Source: Octopus sinensis (lineage: Eukaryota). From it: a DNA stretch of 64,000 nucleotides. Of the stretch, positions 1 through 12,483 are shown piece by piece (position 1 is the stretch's first letter; each line of letters opens with the position of its first letter). The notes below the pieces were generated by a model. That model did no database searches. It was given only the letters and a program-made list of their open reading frames with translations, and was not told the DNA's origin. Both the position numbers and the translations under genes were made by a program. The stretch covers positions 2,914,001-2,978,000 of the forward strand of contig NC_042997.1 in assembly GCF_006345805.1 (NCBI RefSeq), read 5' to 3'.

Positions 1-26
1 ATACAACATTAGATAGACAATGCTTT

Positions 27-110
27 ATTCACTACAGCTGTTTCCAACGAATTTTTAAGTTGGTTACATAATATGAAAAAGAAAATAAAAAACGGTTTCA
101 TCAGATTAAT
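27..110 (-). ncRNA. Type-I hammerhead ribozyme motif (PLE-associated) with long helix II
   Basis: Minus strand reads attaat-CTGATGA-[aaccgttttt...aaaaatccgttg, ~53 nt]-GAAA-CAGCTG-TA-gtgaat. The core is intact, helix III is the palindrome ACAGCTGT, and helix I pairs at 5 of 6 positions. Confidence 0.7.
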
Positions 111-607
111 ATACATGAATTACACATTTAGAACATCCAAAATAGCCAGTTTGCGCCACTTTATGGTTCACTGATTAGTAATATCCCCAAAATGCTTTTT
201 CACCATTATCCATCTGCTGTTATGTTGTTACATTATGATGACTTTTCCTATTCGGAAACTCTTATTTGGCCTGGATCCAGAGTATATTAAGTGCAGTACA
301 CTGGTGCCGTGTTTGTTTTTCTGTGCAGCTTTGAGACTCATAATATACTTAGTCGCGTTCGGCCAAAGATGAATACTGCTTAGACGTCGGTATAAAAGTA
401 TGTGTTCCTATGCTTTCGTAACATACACGATTTACTTTACTTAACCCAAACTTGAGTTGTACCACTTAAGCAACTAATTGACTTTAACCCGGAACCTATG
501 TATATATAAATGTATATAGTAAATCCCTAAAAGGTAGATGATCGAGCACAAAAAAACCAACAACGTGAGGACGTGGTACATGTAAAGTATTAGCAGATGC
601 TCCGGGA

Positions 608-640
608 AAAAACGTTTCGAGCAACGCACTTCTTCAGATA
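608..640 (-). ncRNA. Degenerate minimal hammerhead motif
   Basis: Minus strand reads CTGAAGA-agtgcgttgctc-GAAA-CG-TT. Helix I no longer pairs. Confidence 0.5.
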
Positions 641-819
641 CAGAGAGAAGACCAATAGAAATGAAGAGGGAGGAAGAAAATCGCCAAAGATTCACAGGTG
701 GTTACATATATATGCGAGAGATATATATAGCAGGTAAGTCTATGTAAGTGCTATAGGAAGACCGAGGTTCGACTCTCGGTTCGATAATAAAACGAGTGAT
801 GAGTCTAATGCGGAGACAT

Positions 820-1110
820 AAAGGTAGACTTACAACTGTTAATGGGATATTAGAGATATCCCTTCTTCAGATATGATATGAGGGAGTTAACCACAGGGAA
901 ATAATAGAGTTCAAGATGAGGAGTTATTTTGTAAAAGTATGGATATAGAAAGTATAAAGGGAAATAAGTGAATGAAAATAAATGTAAAAAGATATATATA
1001 GGATATATATATACATTATCCAAGGAATGTGCTGTGTAGAATGTGTAAAAATATCTCTTGTCTATTGTATACAGATACTTATAGGAGTTCATATTTTGTT
1101 TTGACATATC
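820..1110 (-). mobile_element. Penelope-like element 3' terminal (pseudo-LTR) fragment with decayed hammerhead
   Basis: Similar to 54050-54330. Minus strand reads CTGAAGA-aGGGATATctctaATATCCCa-TTAA-cagttGTA, with GAAA mutated. Confidence 0.6.
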
Positions 1111-1699
1111 TTCAGACTACATAATAACACAAAGCTATCCTTCTCAGGTAAAAATTTGAACGAGTATAAAGAGATGAGCTAGAATTTTCATGATGACAAA
1201 TGCAGCAAACTGCATATCGGATAAGTGGTATTGTAAAAACTATCATTCGAAATTATAGAGAAATTAGAAGTATAACGGGCAAGCAGAAAGCAATGATATC
1301 AGATATCAGAAAACTCTATTATTTCAAAGTGTTATCTAATTAGTTTATAGCGACAGCCAAGATATGTCCTTAATGTCATTAAACAAGGAAGACATCTTGT
1401 CGGTTAAGTACGATAAAAGAAAGCAGACCTCAGGGCAGAAGAAAGTCATAAAACTCTCATGAAATTTTCGCGTATAGACATACAGAGACACAAATGCATA
1501 CGTATTTATGCATTTGGGTGAATGCATATACTTTATTTGACAATATTATCACAACTTTCATGCCGAAAGGAAACTCTCAACAATTATCAAGGTTGCCACA
1601 TTTAACACCCCTGAAACAAATGATAGTCTTGTTAACCCACATGATAAGAGACGCACACGCAGACCTCCGCGCACGCACATATCCACACATATACACACT

Positions 1700-1957
1700 T
1701 TCCTCTTCCTGTCTTTGAAAAATCTTTCTTCAGCCATTTCCTACCGGTCTTTCAAAATGTGACCGCGTGTGTACCGTAGGCGATTTTTTTGCCTTTGTCT
1801 TCCCTTCTCGAAATCTTTCCTTCTCCTATGTTTCGGACGAAGAGCTCTGCTCGAAACATTAAGCCCTCCTTCTTTCCTTCTTTCCTGAGCGTCGAATAAT
1901 ACTATATTTGTTCCACGCCCTCGCGTTGTTGTATTTTTTGTGCTTTCTTTTTGGGAT

Positions 1958-1960
<3 letters not shown>
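1700..1960 (+). mobile_element. PLE-derived short repeat with degenerate hammerhead (1831-1863)
   Basis: ttt-CGGACGA-aGAGCtctGCTC-GAAA-CATT-aag. The flanks resemble 27100-27235 and 57780-57950. Confidence 0.55.
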
Positions 1961-2350
<390 letters not shown>

Positions 2351-2959
2351 ATTATTAAGTTCTTATTTGCTGCATCCATTTAAATTGATAATAAAGGCAA
2401 TTATTTACGTTCAGGAATAGCATATACATCTATCAACAGAGGATATGGATATATTAATGTATATACAAAATAATTCACAGACATACTCCGGTTCCTGTAA
2501 GGAGTTTGAAATTCTCGTTTATGTACCTGATCAAACGTAGGAAATCTTGCAGGTATTGAGTAAAATAGTAAGAACAGAAAACGATTAATGTTTCCTACAG
2601 CGCTGTAAGATACATTGAGTTTTTGATGAACATTTTATTTAGGCGAATATTAAAATCGTTATTCACTTGAAAAAAAAAAAACGTATGTTTATGACCATAA
2701 CTAAATAACACGTCCTAAAAAGTGTTAATGGCATTCCGGCAGTTACGACGATGAGAATTCCAGTTGATCTCATCAACGGAAAAGCATGTTCGTGAGCACA
2801 CCACAGACACATGTACCATTAACGTGTTTGTGAAGTTCTCGGGGAGATTCAGTGTCACACAGTGTGTGACAAAGCAGACCCTTTGAAATACAGATACAAC
2901 AAAAACAGGAAGAAAGACTGAGAGAAAGTAGTGAAAGAGTACAGCAGTGTTCTGTCCTC

Positions 2960-3092
2960 CACCCAACCGGGGCTCGTGGAGCTTTAGGTGTTTTCCCTCA
3001 ATAAACACTCACGACACCCGGTCTGGGAATCGAAAGCGCAATCGCCCGACCGCAATTCTGCTGCCCTAACCACTAGGCCATTGCGAATCCAC
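2960..3092 (-). mobile_element. tRNA-derived SINE, family B (5' part)
   Basis: Minus strand has A box TGGCCTAGTGG, B-box-like TTTCGATTCC and the body GAAAACACCTAAAGCTCCACG, which is shared with 24484-24775. Confidence 0.75.
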
Positions 3093-3399
3093 ATCAGCAA
3101 ATGTATATATTGTATATGTAGGTATATATTTGTGTGTGTTTTATATATATATATATATGTGTGTGTGTGTATTTAAAGAAGGTAGTTGTGTAAGGCCGGA
3201 AAAATGCAAGAAAGTACAAAGTAAGCTACAAATTGAAGAGAGAGCAGAACAAGGTTGCAGTTTTACGTTATATTTCTATATTTCCCTGTGAAGAGCTCTT
3301 TCCTAACACATTCGGAGAAACCGTGGCGGGAAATGACTTTTCTTTGTCATTGTGTGTGGTGGGGAGGCAGGGAAAAATGAGAAAGGTATCATACACGGG

Positions 3400-3660
3400 G
3401 GGATGTTGCCTAAGCAACCAGTCTCCTTCGTGTAGTTCCTTCCTCTAGTTAATGGCTAGTTTCAACTTCTTTATAAGGCGGGTGTGGGGTTCGATATTTC
3501 TAAGACTGCCCCTGTCGCGTTAGGCTGCTTTGATAGAAACTTTGAAGTTCCGACCTTGACACATCATGAGGTGTTTCGATATAGAACTGTCTGTTTGAAT
3601 TTTTTTTTTTACAGATGTGCAGTTCCTAATAGTGTACCCTATGTAGAATGCTCCAGATTT
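3400..3660 (-). mobile_element. Penelope-like GIY-YIG endonuclease C-terminal remnant
   Basis: Translation SSISKHLMMCQGRNFKVSIKAA*...IKKLKLAIN*RKE resembles the PLE endonuclease C-terminus. Confidence 0.5.
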
Positions 3661-3681
3661 ATTATTATTATTATTATTATT

Positions 3682-4229
3682 GAGTGAGAGAGCAGTGCAT
3701 GCCATCAAAGTGATACTGGGGTAAAATATACGAAGCCCAATATACCCATCATGACTACCCTCTGATAAGAGTACACCAGGCACATGCATCACAACCATAT
3801 GTGCGCGACATGGTGATCTCAAATCAAGATAAACAGCACCTTGCAGGTGGGGCCCAGTTAGAATTTTCTTCAGGTTAAGTAGCCCATCCCGCTCAAAAGG
3901 TCGCTGAATAAGGGTTGTTTAAGGATGTTGAAAGAACCACCCATGTTTCCAGAGGTGAATTATTCAAAGCCCAAAGAATCCCCCTCAACACATGGCTATG
4001 ATGCTCCCCCACTACTTCTGCTCGTGATCAGAGATGCACATATCATCAGCCACTAAGGGACATGCTCAACTGGTTAAGGTCAAACAACTGACAAGCAAAT
4101 CTGTGGTATTGAGCAGAATATTTGCTGTAGCCCATCTTTTATACCAAGACAAAACAATGTACATGATAACACTTCCAATCAGTTAAGATCAGAAGCCATG
4201 AGAGCCATTTCCTGGTACTGCATCAGGGC

Positions 4230-4231
<2 letters not shown>
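3682..4231. mobile_element. ~550-bp non-coding interspersed element embedded in (TTA)n, probably non-autonomous
   Basis: A GC-richer block with sharp edges, (TTA)n on both sides and no recognisable ORF. Confidence 0.5.
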
Positions 4232-4299
<68 letters not shown>

Positions 4300-4302
<3 letters not shown>

Positions 4303-5874
4303 TAGTTTTATTTTTATAGCGTGCTTTCACTTCACTACCGAGCGCAGCTCTGTGTGCCTTGGGTATGTGCTGTGATTTGTTGTGATGCTCTGATGGTTAT
4401 TGTATGGAAAGTGTTCTGCGTAGGATGTGTGCAGTGCCTAGTAGTGCAATTTTCTGTATGTTATATGTGTTTGTAAGTCCTGGTGTTTTTGTTATGTATT
4501 TGTCTGAATATTTTTTTATCATGCCTAATGCACCTACTATGATAGGAATTGTTTCTGTTTTCAGGTTCCACATTCTAGTTACCTCTATTTCCAGGTCTTT
4601 GTATTTTGAGAGTTCCTCCATTTCTTTTAGAGACACGTTGTCATCTGCCGGTATTGATACATCAATTAGAAAGCATTTTTTCTTCATGATCTCTGACAAC
4701 TATATCTGGTCTGTTGGCCTTAATTTCTCTATTTGTGTGTATCGGCATATCCCAGAGTATGGTTGCTTTCTCGTTTTCTGTGACCTTTTCTGGTGTGTGC
4801 CTATACCATCTTTTTTCTGTTGTTATTCCGTAATGTTGGCATAGCTTCCAATGTATGTAGGTTCCAACTCTGTCATGTCTGTGAATATATTCCTTCTTAG
4901 CCAGGACTGGGCAGCTACAGATAATATGATTTATTGTTTCTTGTCCATCTCCACATATTCTGCAGTTACTTGTAATGTTTCTTTTCATTACATGTTTTTG
5001 GTAATTTCTGGTGGGGAGGCTTTGGTCTTGTGCTGCAATTAAAAATCCCTCTGTTTCTGCTTTGAGTCCTGAGCTTCTCAACCATTGCTGGGATTTTTCT
5101 TTGTCTATTTCTTTTGCGTTTAGTTTAGTGCAGTATTTACCATGAAGGGGTTTTTCTTGCCATCGTTTTATCATGGCTCGTTGCTGTTCTATTTTTAGTT
5201 TGGATTTCATTTGTTTTATAGCTTTTGTTGTTTCTTCATCATCTTCTTCTTCTTCTTTGTGTTTATTAGGTGGTATGATTTCTTGTTTGTATTTGTCAGC
5301 TTCCTTAAATACTGAGAACAGTTTTTTGTTTTGCTCGTGTTTTGCTGCTATCTGGATCAGTTTTCCTTCCTTCTGAAGTAGGTATTTTTGCAGTCATATG
5401 GTGGTTATTTTATAGTAGTTTTCCAGCTGTATAAGGCCTCTACCACCTTCTATACGTTGTATATATAGTCTTTCTATGTCAGATTTTGGGTGATGCATCC
5501 TAGATCCTGTCAGTATTTTTCTTGTTTTCCTATCTATTTTGGACAGTTCATTTCGTGTCCAGTTAAGGATATTGTAGCTGTAACTTATAACTGGGACAGC
5601 TAAAGTGTTGATACCTATTATCTTGTTTTTAGCATTGAGCTCTGTTTTTAGTATTGATCTAACTCGTCTATAATATTCTTTTTTTATTTTCTCTTTCATT
5701 TGTGTGTGTTGTGTCTTATCTAGTTCATGGATTCCTAAGTATTTGTAAGTTTGGCTTTGGTCTAATTCTTTTATTTCATTGGTTTTATCTAGTCTGATGT
5801 TGTTACTCTTAACTAGTTTTCCTCTTTTCATGGTTACTTTGGCGCATTTTTCTGGTTACTTTGGCGCATTTTTC
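4300..5874 (-). mobile_element. 5'-truncated R4/Dong-clade non-LTR retrotransposon (RT C-terminus, CCHC knuckle, REL endonuclease, 3' UTR)
   Basis: ORFs 5394-5831, 4662-5210 and 4397-4699 carry YKYLG, GGRGL, AAQDQ, CRICGDGQETINHIICSC, RHDRV, RPDIVV, IDVSIP, KYKDL and IVGALG. There is one in-frame TGA at 5394 and one frameshift near 4680. Triplet repeats flank both ends: (TAA)n at the 3' end and (GAA)n/(TAA)n at the 5' end. Confidence 0.93.
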
Positions 5875-5915
5875 TTCTTCTTCTTCTTCTTCTTCTTCTT
5901 CTTCTTCTTCTTCTT

Positions 5916-5946
<31 letters not shown>

Positions 5947-5967
5947 TTATTATTATTATTATTATTA

Positions 5968-5997
<30 letters not shown>
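5872..5997. repeat. (TTC)n(TTA)n microsatellite
   Basis: Directly visible. Confidence 0.95.
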
Positions 5998-6000
<3 letters not shown>

Positions 6001-9000
6001 CATATACATATATATATATATTATATATATACACACATATTTATAATGTTCACAATGTTATTGAGCCATCTAATGCTATAGGTAAATTTTGAATATCTCT
6101 GTACAAACTTAATCGTTTTTTTTAGATAATGCCACGTGCGTGTGGTAGTTGTTGAGGTGATGACTACACTGAAACACACTTTCATACAGGCATACGTATA
6201 TACATACTTTTGTTCATATATGCATACATACATTCAAACATACATGCTTGCCTACATACATACATGCATACATACATATATATACATACATACGTATACC
6301 GAACTTTTAAAAATCACACGAGCTTTTATGGCTTTTCTCCACCAATATATATTGAAAGGATTGAATTTTATATATATATATATTATGTTCATGTTTATCG
6401 CATTTGATGAATGTCGATATACATACGCAGTAGAAACTGTGATATGCTTTTAATAGGAATACATTTTGAACTAACTTCTTAATAGTTATGAAATTATTAC
6501 TATATAACATTCCATAGATTCATCGAAATATTTAAACATGCTATTCAAAGACCATGATAAATATAATATTCCTTCGATACATATGTTCTATACACCCTTA
6601 TTTTGAATGAACCGCATGGATTTATGGTTATAATTTTCAGGTGTCTTGTGTAGAAGATTCAATGATATACGTGCTATATTTCGAATACGAATTTTCCGCA
6701 TTGAAAGTCAATTGAAATATATTTCATCGGCGTAATGTTTTCTTTTATTTTGCCATTTGTAACAATCATGTTGATGTATGAATTATTTCAAGACAGATTA
6801 TGAGCCACAATTATCGATGTCGGAACATTTCCTATTTTGCTGAAAATGCCATAACCATCAAGTACGTTTATCTTTCCTACCACTACAACATGAAATATTG
6901 TAATGCGATTAATGAGAGATTGTGGAAATAATTAGGTGCTAGTTGTTGATTAATCAGCAGTTAAGTCAATGAATATTGCAGATATAATAGGACATTATAT
7001 TTTCCAATATTTAATGCTAGCAGGACAGCCACCATTTCCCAAGCTGCAAAGTAGAAATAAATACCATAGAATTGTGCATAATGAAGTCATATTCGGTTTA
7101 ATGGAACATTATTGCAATTCTCTTGAAACTTATTTTTCCTGTAAGAATAGGAAAATCGTTTTTCAAAATGTTTATAGCAGTCTGGTGCCTAAAGTGCTTC
7201 ATGTTAAATGTATATTTCATAATGTAATTCTGTAAATAACATATACGCAAGACAAATTTTCTAAAGGAAGGCAGTGTTATGATGATTGAGATTAATAATG
7301 AACACGATATATTATCATTTACACTTGAAATTCTGTAATACTTAAAATAAGATGAAAATAATAGTGGAAAGAAAAAATATGATGAGCTAACCATCTAATG
7401 GAAAGAAACCAGCATTATGGCATTTGAAAGCCAGAGTAGTTAAACAAAATACTGTCTTCAATCTATTTCACTCCCAAGAAATGAAGAAATAAAGAAATAA
7501 TATTATCAGATGAACTGAGTGTCAAATTATGTGGTATTAAATCTATATCGATAGGAATTCTTAAAATAGTCATACAAACACCTCAGGATACGCATCGTTA
7601 ATAGTTTGGCTAAAATGGGTATAGATAATAAGTTGTCTTAGACTTTAGTATCCGATGTAAAATTTGATCAAAAGCAGATCATTATTACTAAAGATATAAA
7701 CCAACAACTGTCAACGTTTGCCGTTGTGATTTATTGATTTATATGTCAAGGCTTAAGTCTTCTGTAAATCGACATGTCAAAACTGGTGATATAAGTATAA
7801 TATTTTCCCATTGGTGAACAAGGAAAAATAGAAGCACCTGGTTATGCAGCTTAAATATCTTAACACTAGTTTTGCAGCTGCTATAAATTATGTACCTACG
7901 TAATTTGTTATAAATTTTTTGTGCGCTGAACCGTTTGTAGTGATAGACATGAAAGTTGCGGCGAATTTTTAGATCCTGCAGGACATTGTGATAATTTGAT
8001 TCACAATGTTTTGTACTGATTTGTATGTATGAGTATTTCTGCTCGTACATTTATCTTGCTGATGCTTAATATATGCTGATGTAGCTTGTAACAAATGTGT
8101 GGGAAAATAATCAGAGATATCCTAACCCAAACTACTTCTCCTTCTATTTGAAAATATATATCCTGTCAAAACAATGATTGCTTATACAGCAAGAGCGGAT
8201 TCCATTTGCTTTTGTTCTTTTCGAATCAGTGGAAAGCTTCGAAGGTTTGTCATAAGATGACTACTATTGCTTCACATATTTGTGATCTATCATCACGTGA
8301 AACCTACGTTATCTTGTCCAAGGTCTCTAGTGCTCTTCTGTGACACATTCCACATTCTTTATCATTTAGAATTTTTTTGAACTTTTTCAGTTCCCAAATA
8401 TTTGGCCCTATTGCAAAGAAATGCATCGTTTGTGATAAAGTCAATGAAAAATTTGATATCGGGGTATGATGAACGCCCACCTGCATGGGATGTATAACAA
8501 TACCTGAAAGGAAAATGCTATTATGAATTCTTTATATTGAATGACTTAATCAAGTGTTAAAACTGAACATGAATATGTATTTCAAGTTGCAATATGAATG
8601 TCAAACAGAAAAACCCATCTCATCGTTACGTTATTTGTTAGAATATCACAGAATAGACTACACTCATGTATGCGCTGTTTTGGAGTTAATTTTCATTGAC
8701 TATTAATGTCATGAATATAGGATATATATTTCAATATTTGTTGCAAGATTTATGATTGTGGCTTATTCAAACGAAGTTAGATTAGAATATTTTAGTTCAT
8801 GGCCATGTGTATCGCTGAACATCTCAATCAAAGCTGCTTTATACCTTTCTTGTCTATATTTTTCCATGTCAGTGTACGTATAAATAACTGTATACGCAGC
8901 AACTTAAAATATACATGTTATAAATCGAGAATTACTGCAATATTCTCAAGTTTATTTTTCTAATAGAGTTTTAAAAAATGAAATACTTAAAGATGATTAC

Positions 9001-10684
9001 ACAGGAATAATTAGTTATTGTAAATATATTATAATATAAGAGACATGTGAGTTTTACATTTCCTCCATTTCATTCAAGAATGATTATATGTCAGCATATA
9101 GTTGACAAAATATATTTATCTATTTTGTTTGGTGTGATATATTCAACATATATTGGGGAACGTGATACATGGTCAATAGCATAAATCGTCGTCGCCATGC
9201 CACTCCTGCTGTTATTCATCTAACATTGACAAGGTAACAATAAATGTGACAGGTTAGCGATTCTAAAAACCTGTCTTGAACATTCTGAAGATCAGTTCAA
9301 TGGCTTACAAAACAAATTGCAGAAAAGTATACTTTCTCATGTCTATTTCTGTTTGATACAGCCATTTGAGATTTCATTTAATCGTTTTTAGAGCCGTTAC
9401 AATTATCTACTTAATGATGTTATGGAGATCTAAAAAGAATACAGATGAAAGCTTTTAGTATATGAGTATAGAAATTAAATATGTTTTTAGTTAGTCAATA
9501 ATATATAATGAAACAAAATATAACTGACAAAGTGAGTAGAATATAAATGAATTCTGTTCTTTATATAATTAAAATAAAGTATTTTTCTTTTGTTTTCAGA
9601 TAACATATCTCACTTGAACATATTGTCAATACTAATTAATTTTAGTGCTCTGAGTGCTGACCTGGTTACTGACATTCTGTTATCAGTGTCAATTACTCCT
9701 ATGCATAATAAAACAATTTACTGCAAATGTTTTTACCCAATAAATCAAATTATCATTCTTTTTATATTAATTTCCATTCACTATATCACTTTTATTGTCC
9801 GTACTAAAACACAACTAAAATATGTTTTTATTCAAATTACATGTGAACTTGTTTTTGTTAATTTCAAGTAACATGCTGACATTTTAGGATATTGTACTAG
9901 GCAAATAACGTGAGCTTATTCAAAAATGTAATGTATGAAATTAACACCTAACATATGCATGTAAGTTTGACATTTTTCTTCTTCGGTTACTGGGAATAAA
10001 CTACAACATGGAACGTCAAACCATACAAATATAGAAATGTTAATGAGAACACCTTCCTCTACTTAAAATGTTAAGATCGTTGCCATATGAAATATTTTCC
10101 TATGATTCTCTCATGAAGCGAAATATCGTTAGCTATGAATAATATATGTTTAGGACTATATATCTGTCTTCAAATTCCTTCATAATACTTTTAACTAAGA
10201 TAATGATCGATATTTATTTCAAACTTGAGAATAAAATTTACCTCGAATGAACTGAAACGCTTGAGCATGTTTGTTTTTGACGTGTTATACTGATCTCAAA
10301 ATCATGGGAAAGTGGTTGGCTATTATGATGTACACATGTATATTGTGATCGTGTACTCTAGTGAAGGTGTATATTGGGATAACACCAGGAGGATATCTAG
10401 GAGTTTCTTATGATTGTTTGACTCAGCATTCATACTAAATGCATGTTCAGTGATGAAAAATAACAAGAAGAAACAAATTTACAAAGATTTGTATTCATAA
10501 ACCAAACAACTTTAGATATTTATAAAAATGTAGTAGTTATGCCACATCCCCTTGGCTATCTTTTCTAGATGAGTGACGGGCATATATCTCTTATTTTTGT
10601 TTGAGATGAAGACAATAGCAAAAGGCACTAAGTAGGATATCTGATAGCCGGATTTAGTTTATCAAATTACGGCGATGAAATAAA

Positions 10685-10875
10685 GCATTCAAATTTTGGC
10701 ACTAAGTCAGCAAGTCCGGGAAGCAGATTAGTCGATTTCATCGACTCCAGTTTTCAACTAAGGATGAAATATAAAGTTGACCTCTGCGGGATTTGAATTC
10801 AAAACGTAAAGCCAAACAAAATAATCCTAAGCAATTTACCCGGCGTGCTAACGCTTGTGCTTGCTCGCTGGCTAA
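10685..10875 (-). mobile_element. SINE family C, degenerate
   Basis: Minus-strand head GCGAGCAAGCACAAGCGTTAGCACGCCGGG...GAATTCAAATCCC. Similar to 49540-49750. Confidence 0.6.
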
Positions 10876-12231
10876 CTGTGATATAAAAAAAAACGGGTAA
10901 TAATAACATAGACATAAACTATTAGCAGTTTTTGAATCAAGATTCTGAAATTCAATAAACTCTGATTGTTACAAGAATTTTTAAAACAATATATCCCGTC
11001 TATAGTGTCATCCGTACATTCCTCTAGAACAAATTTTAATATCCCCAGTACTGCAACAAATCTCTGGGTGGATCTATTAAACTAATGTTGTATCCTAAAA
11101 TCTATGCAAATTTAAAATATTTGGAATGGAATTTTAGAGCGTAAAAACATTCTATTTGTGGCCGTATATTTTTATTCTAATATTTGGGGAGAATTCAGAT
11201 GAAAGTGAGAAGTGTTTGTCTTAGAAAGGTCAACTGCTAATTACTTATTATCACGCTTTATTTAATCACAATTACATTCATTGTTAGCAGTTCCAATTAG
11301 AAATGTGTTATTTGCCGGCGCAAACATAATTAGTCTGGATACGAAATGCCACAGATTCAGCCCATTGTATTGTATTTACCATATTAAATAGTCAGTGATA
11401 TGTTTCAAATACTGTGAATATTTATATAAATGATTCTTCATAGCCGAAATATACAGTCAATAGTTACGAATATACGCATAAATATTGTAAGCTTGGACTG
11501 AAATAATTATTCAAGAGGAAATATATAAAATGCTTATGTACATATCTTCTTGATATTGCCTGTTATATAATATTGTGTTGCTAAGAAAGTAAGGGAATTT
11601 TTAAAACCATTTGTGATATATGCTTTCTGTTAAGCAATCAACATCATAAACATCACATATCTCTTTGTGAGACTCAGCAGCTTAGTTGCTTTTACAGAAA
11701 TAAAAAAAAATATGGTAAAAATGTTCGATACTGAACTAAAGGCCGTAAACCAAAATTTGCGTAATTTGTTTTTGAAGAGCGATAAAAGTAACGGCTATCA
11801 AATGTCAAAAGGTGAAAAATGATAACATTGGAAAAAGTCATTTAAAACACGTAAATCTCTTTGTGAAAAGCAAAATTAATTTCTTACCAATCCAATAATT
11901 AATACATACGATAAAAAGAAATAAAAAGAATTAGGAAGTGATATTGCACTGACTTATGTAGAGCACAACATCCCACAATATAAAAAAAAATCTATTCTAC
12001 AAGGGTTTCAAATGACATTTAGTAAATCGATAAATCTTGTAAATCGTGCTTGTTTAGAGTATCCTAAAACAAATATATCGAAAGCATAAACGCTCCTACA
12101 AGCACGCACATACCGAAACTGACCTTCAATGCCACAGCCACGCTTACCCATAAGCATAAACATACATACATACAAGAATAAATACAAATTGACATATACA
12201 CATACATGTGTGTATGTGTGTGGGGGTACAT

Positions 12232-12480
12232 GGGGAGAAGACGAAAGTTGTAACAACAGATGGCATACCAGCACTTATGCATCTTGACGGCATTCAGATT
12301 GAAGATGTTCGAAAGTTGAAATATCTCGGTTCACTGGTTGAAGAGAGGAAATTAGAGTCAACAGCCGAAATCAACTGCCGAATCAGGTCTGCAATTTCTG
12401 CGTTCGCCTTCCTTCGATGGTGTGTCTGGAAGAAGCCAAACATCTCCCTAAGGACCAAGCTCGAGGTGTTCCAAATGTGA
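12232..12480 (+). mobile_element. RTE-clade LINE reverse transcriptase C-terminal fragment
   Basis: LDGIQIEDVRKLKYLGSLV...EINCRIRSAISAF...VWKKPNISLRTKL matches the RTE RT thumb region. Confidence 0.8.
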
Positions 12481-12483
12481 AGC

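Noticed and set aside
5394-5396. In-frame TGA in the R4/Dong ORF as possible recoding
   Set aside because: It is most simply a single-base nonsense mutation, since the same copy also carries a frameshift and is 5'-truncated.
7739-8050. 103-aa minus-strand ORF
   Set aside because: No recognisable domain and no convincing splice signals. An ORF of this length can arise by chance.
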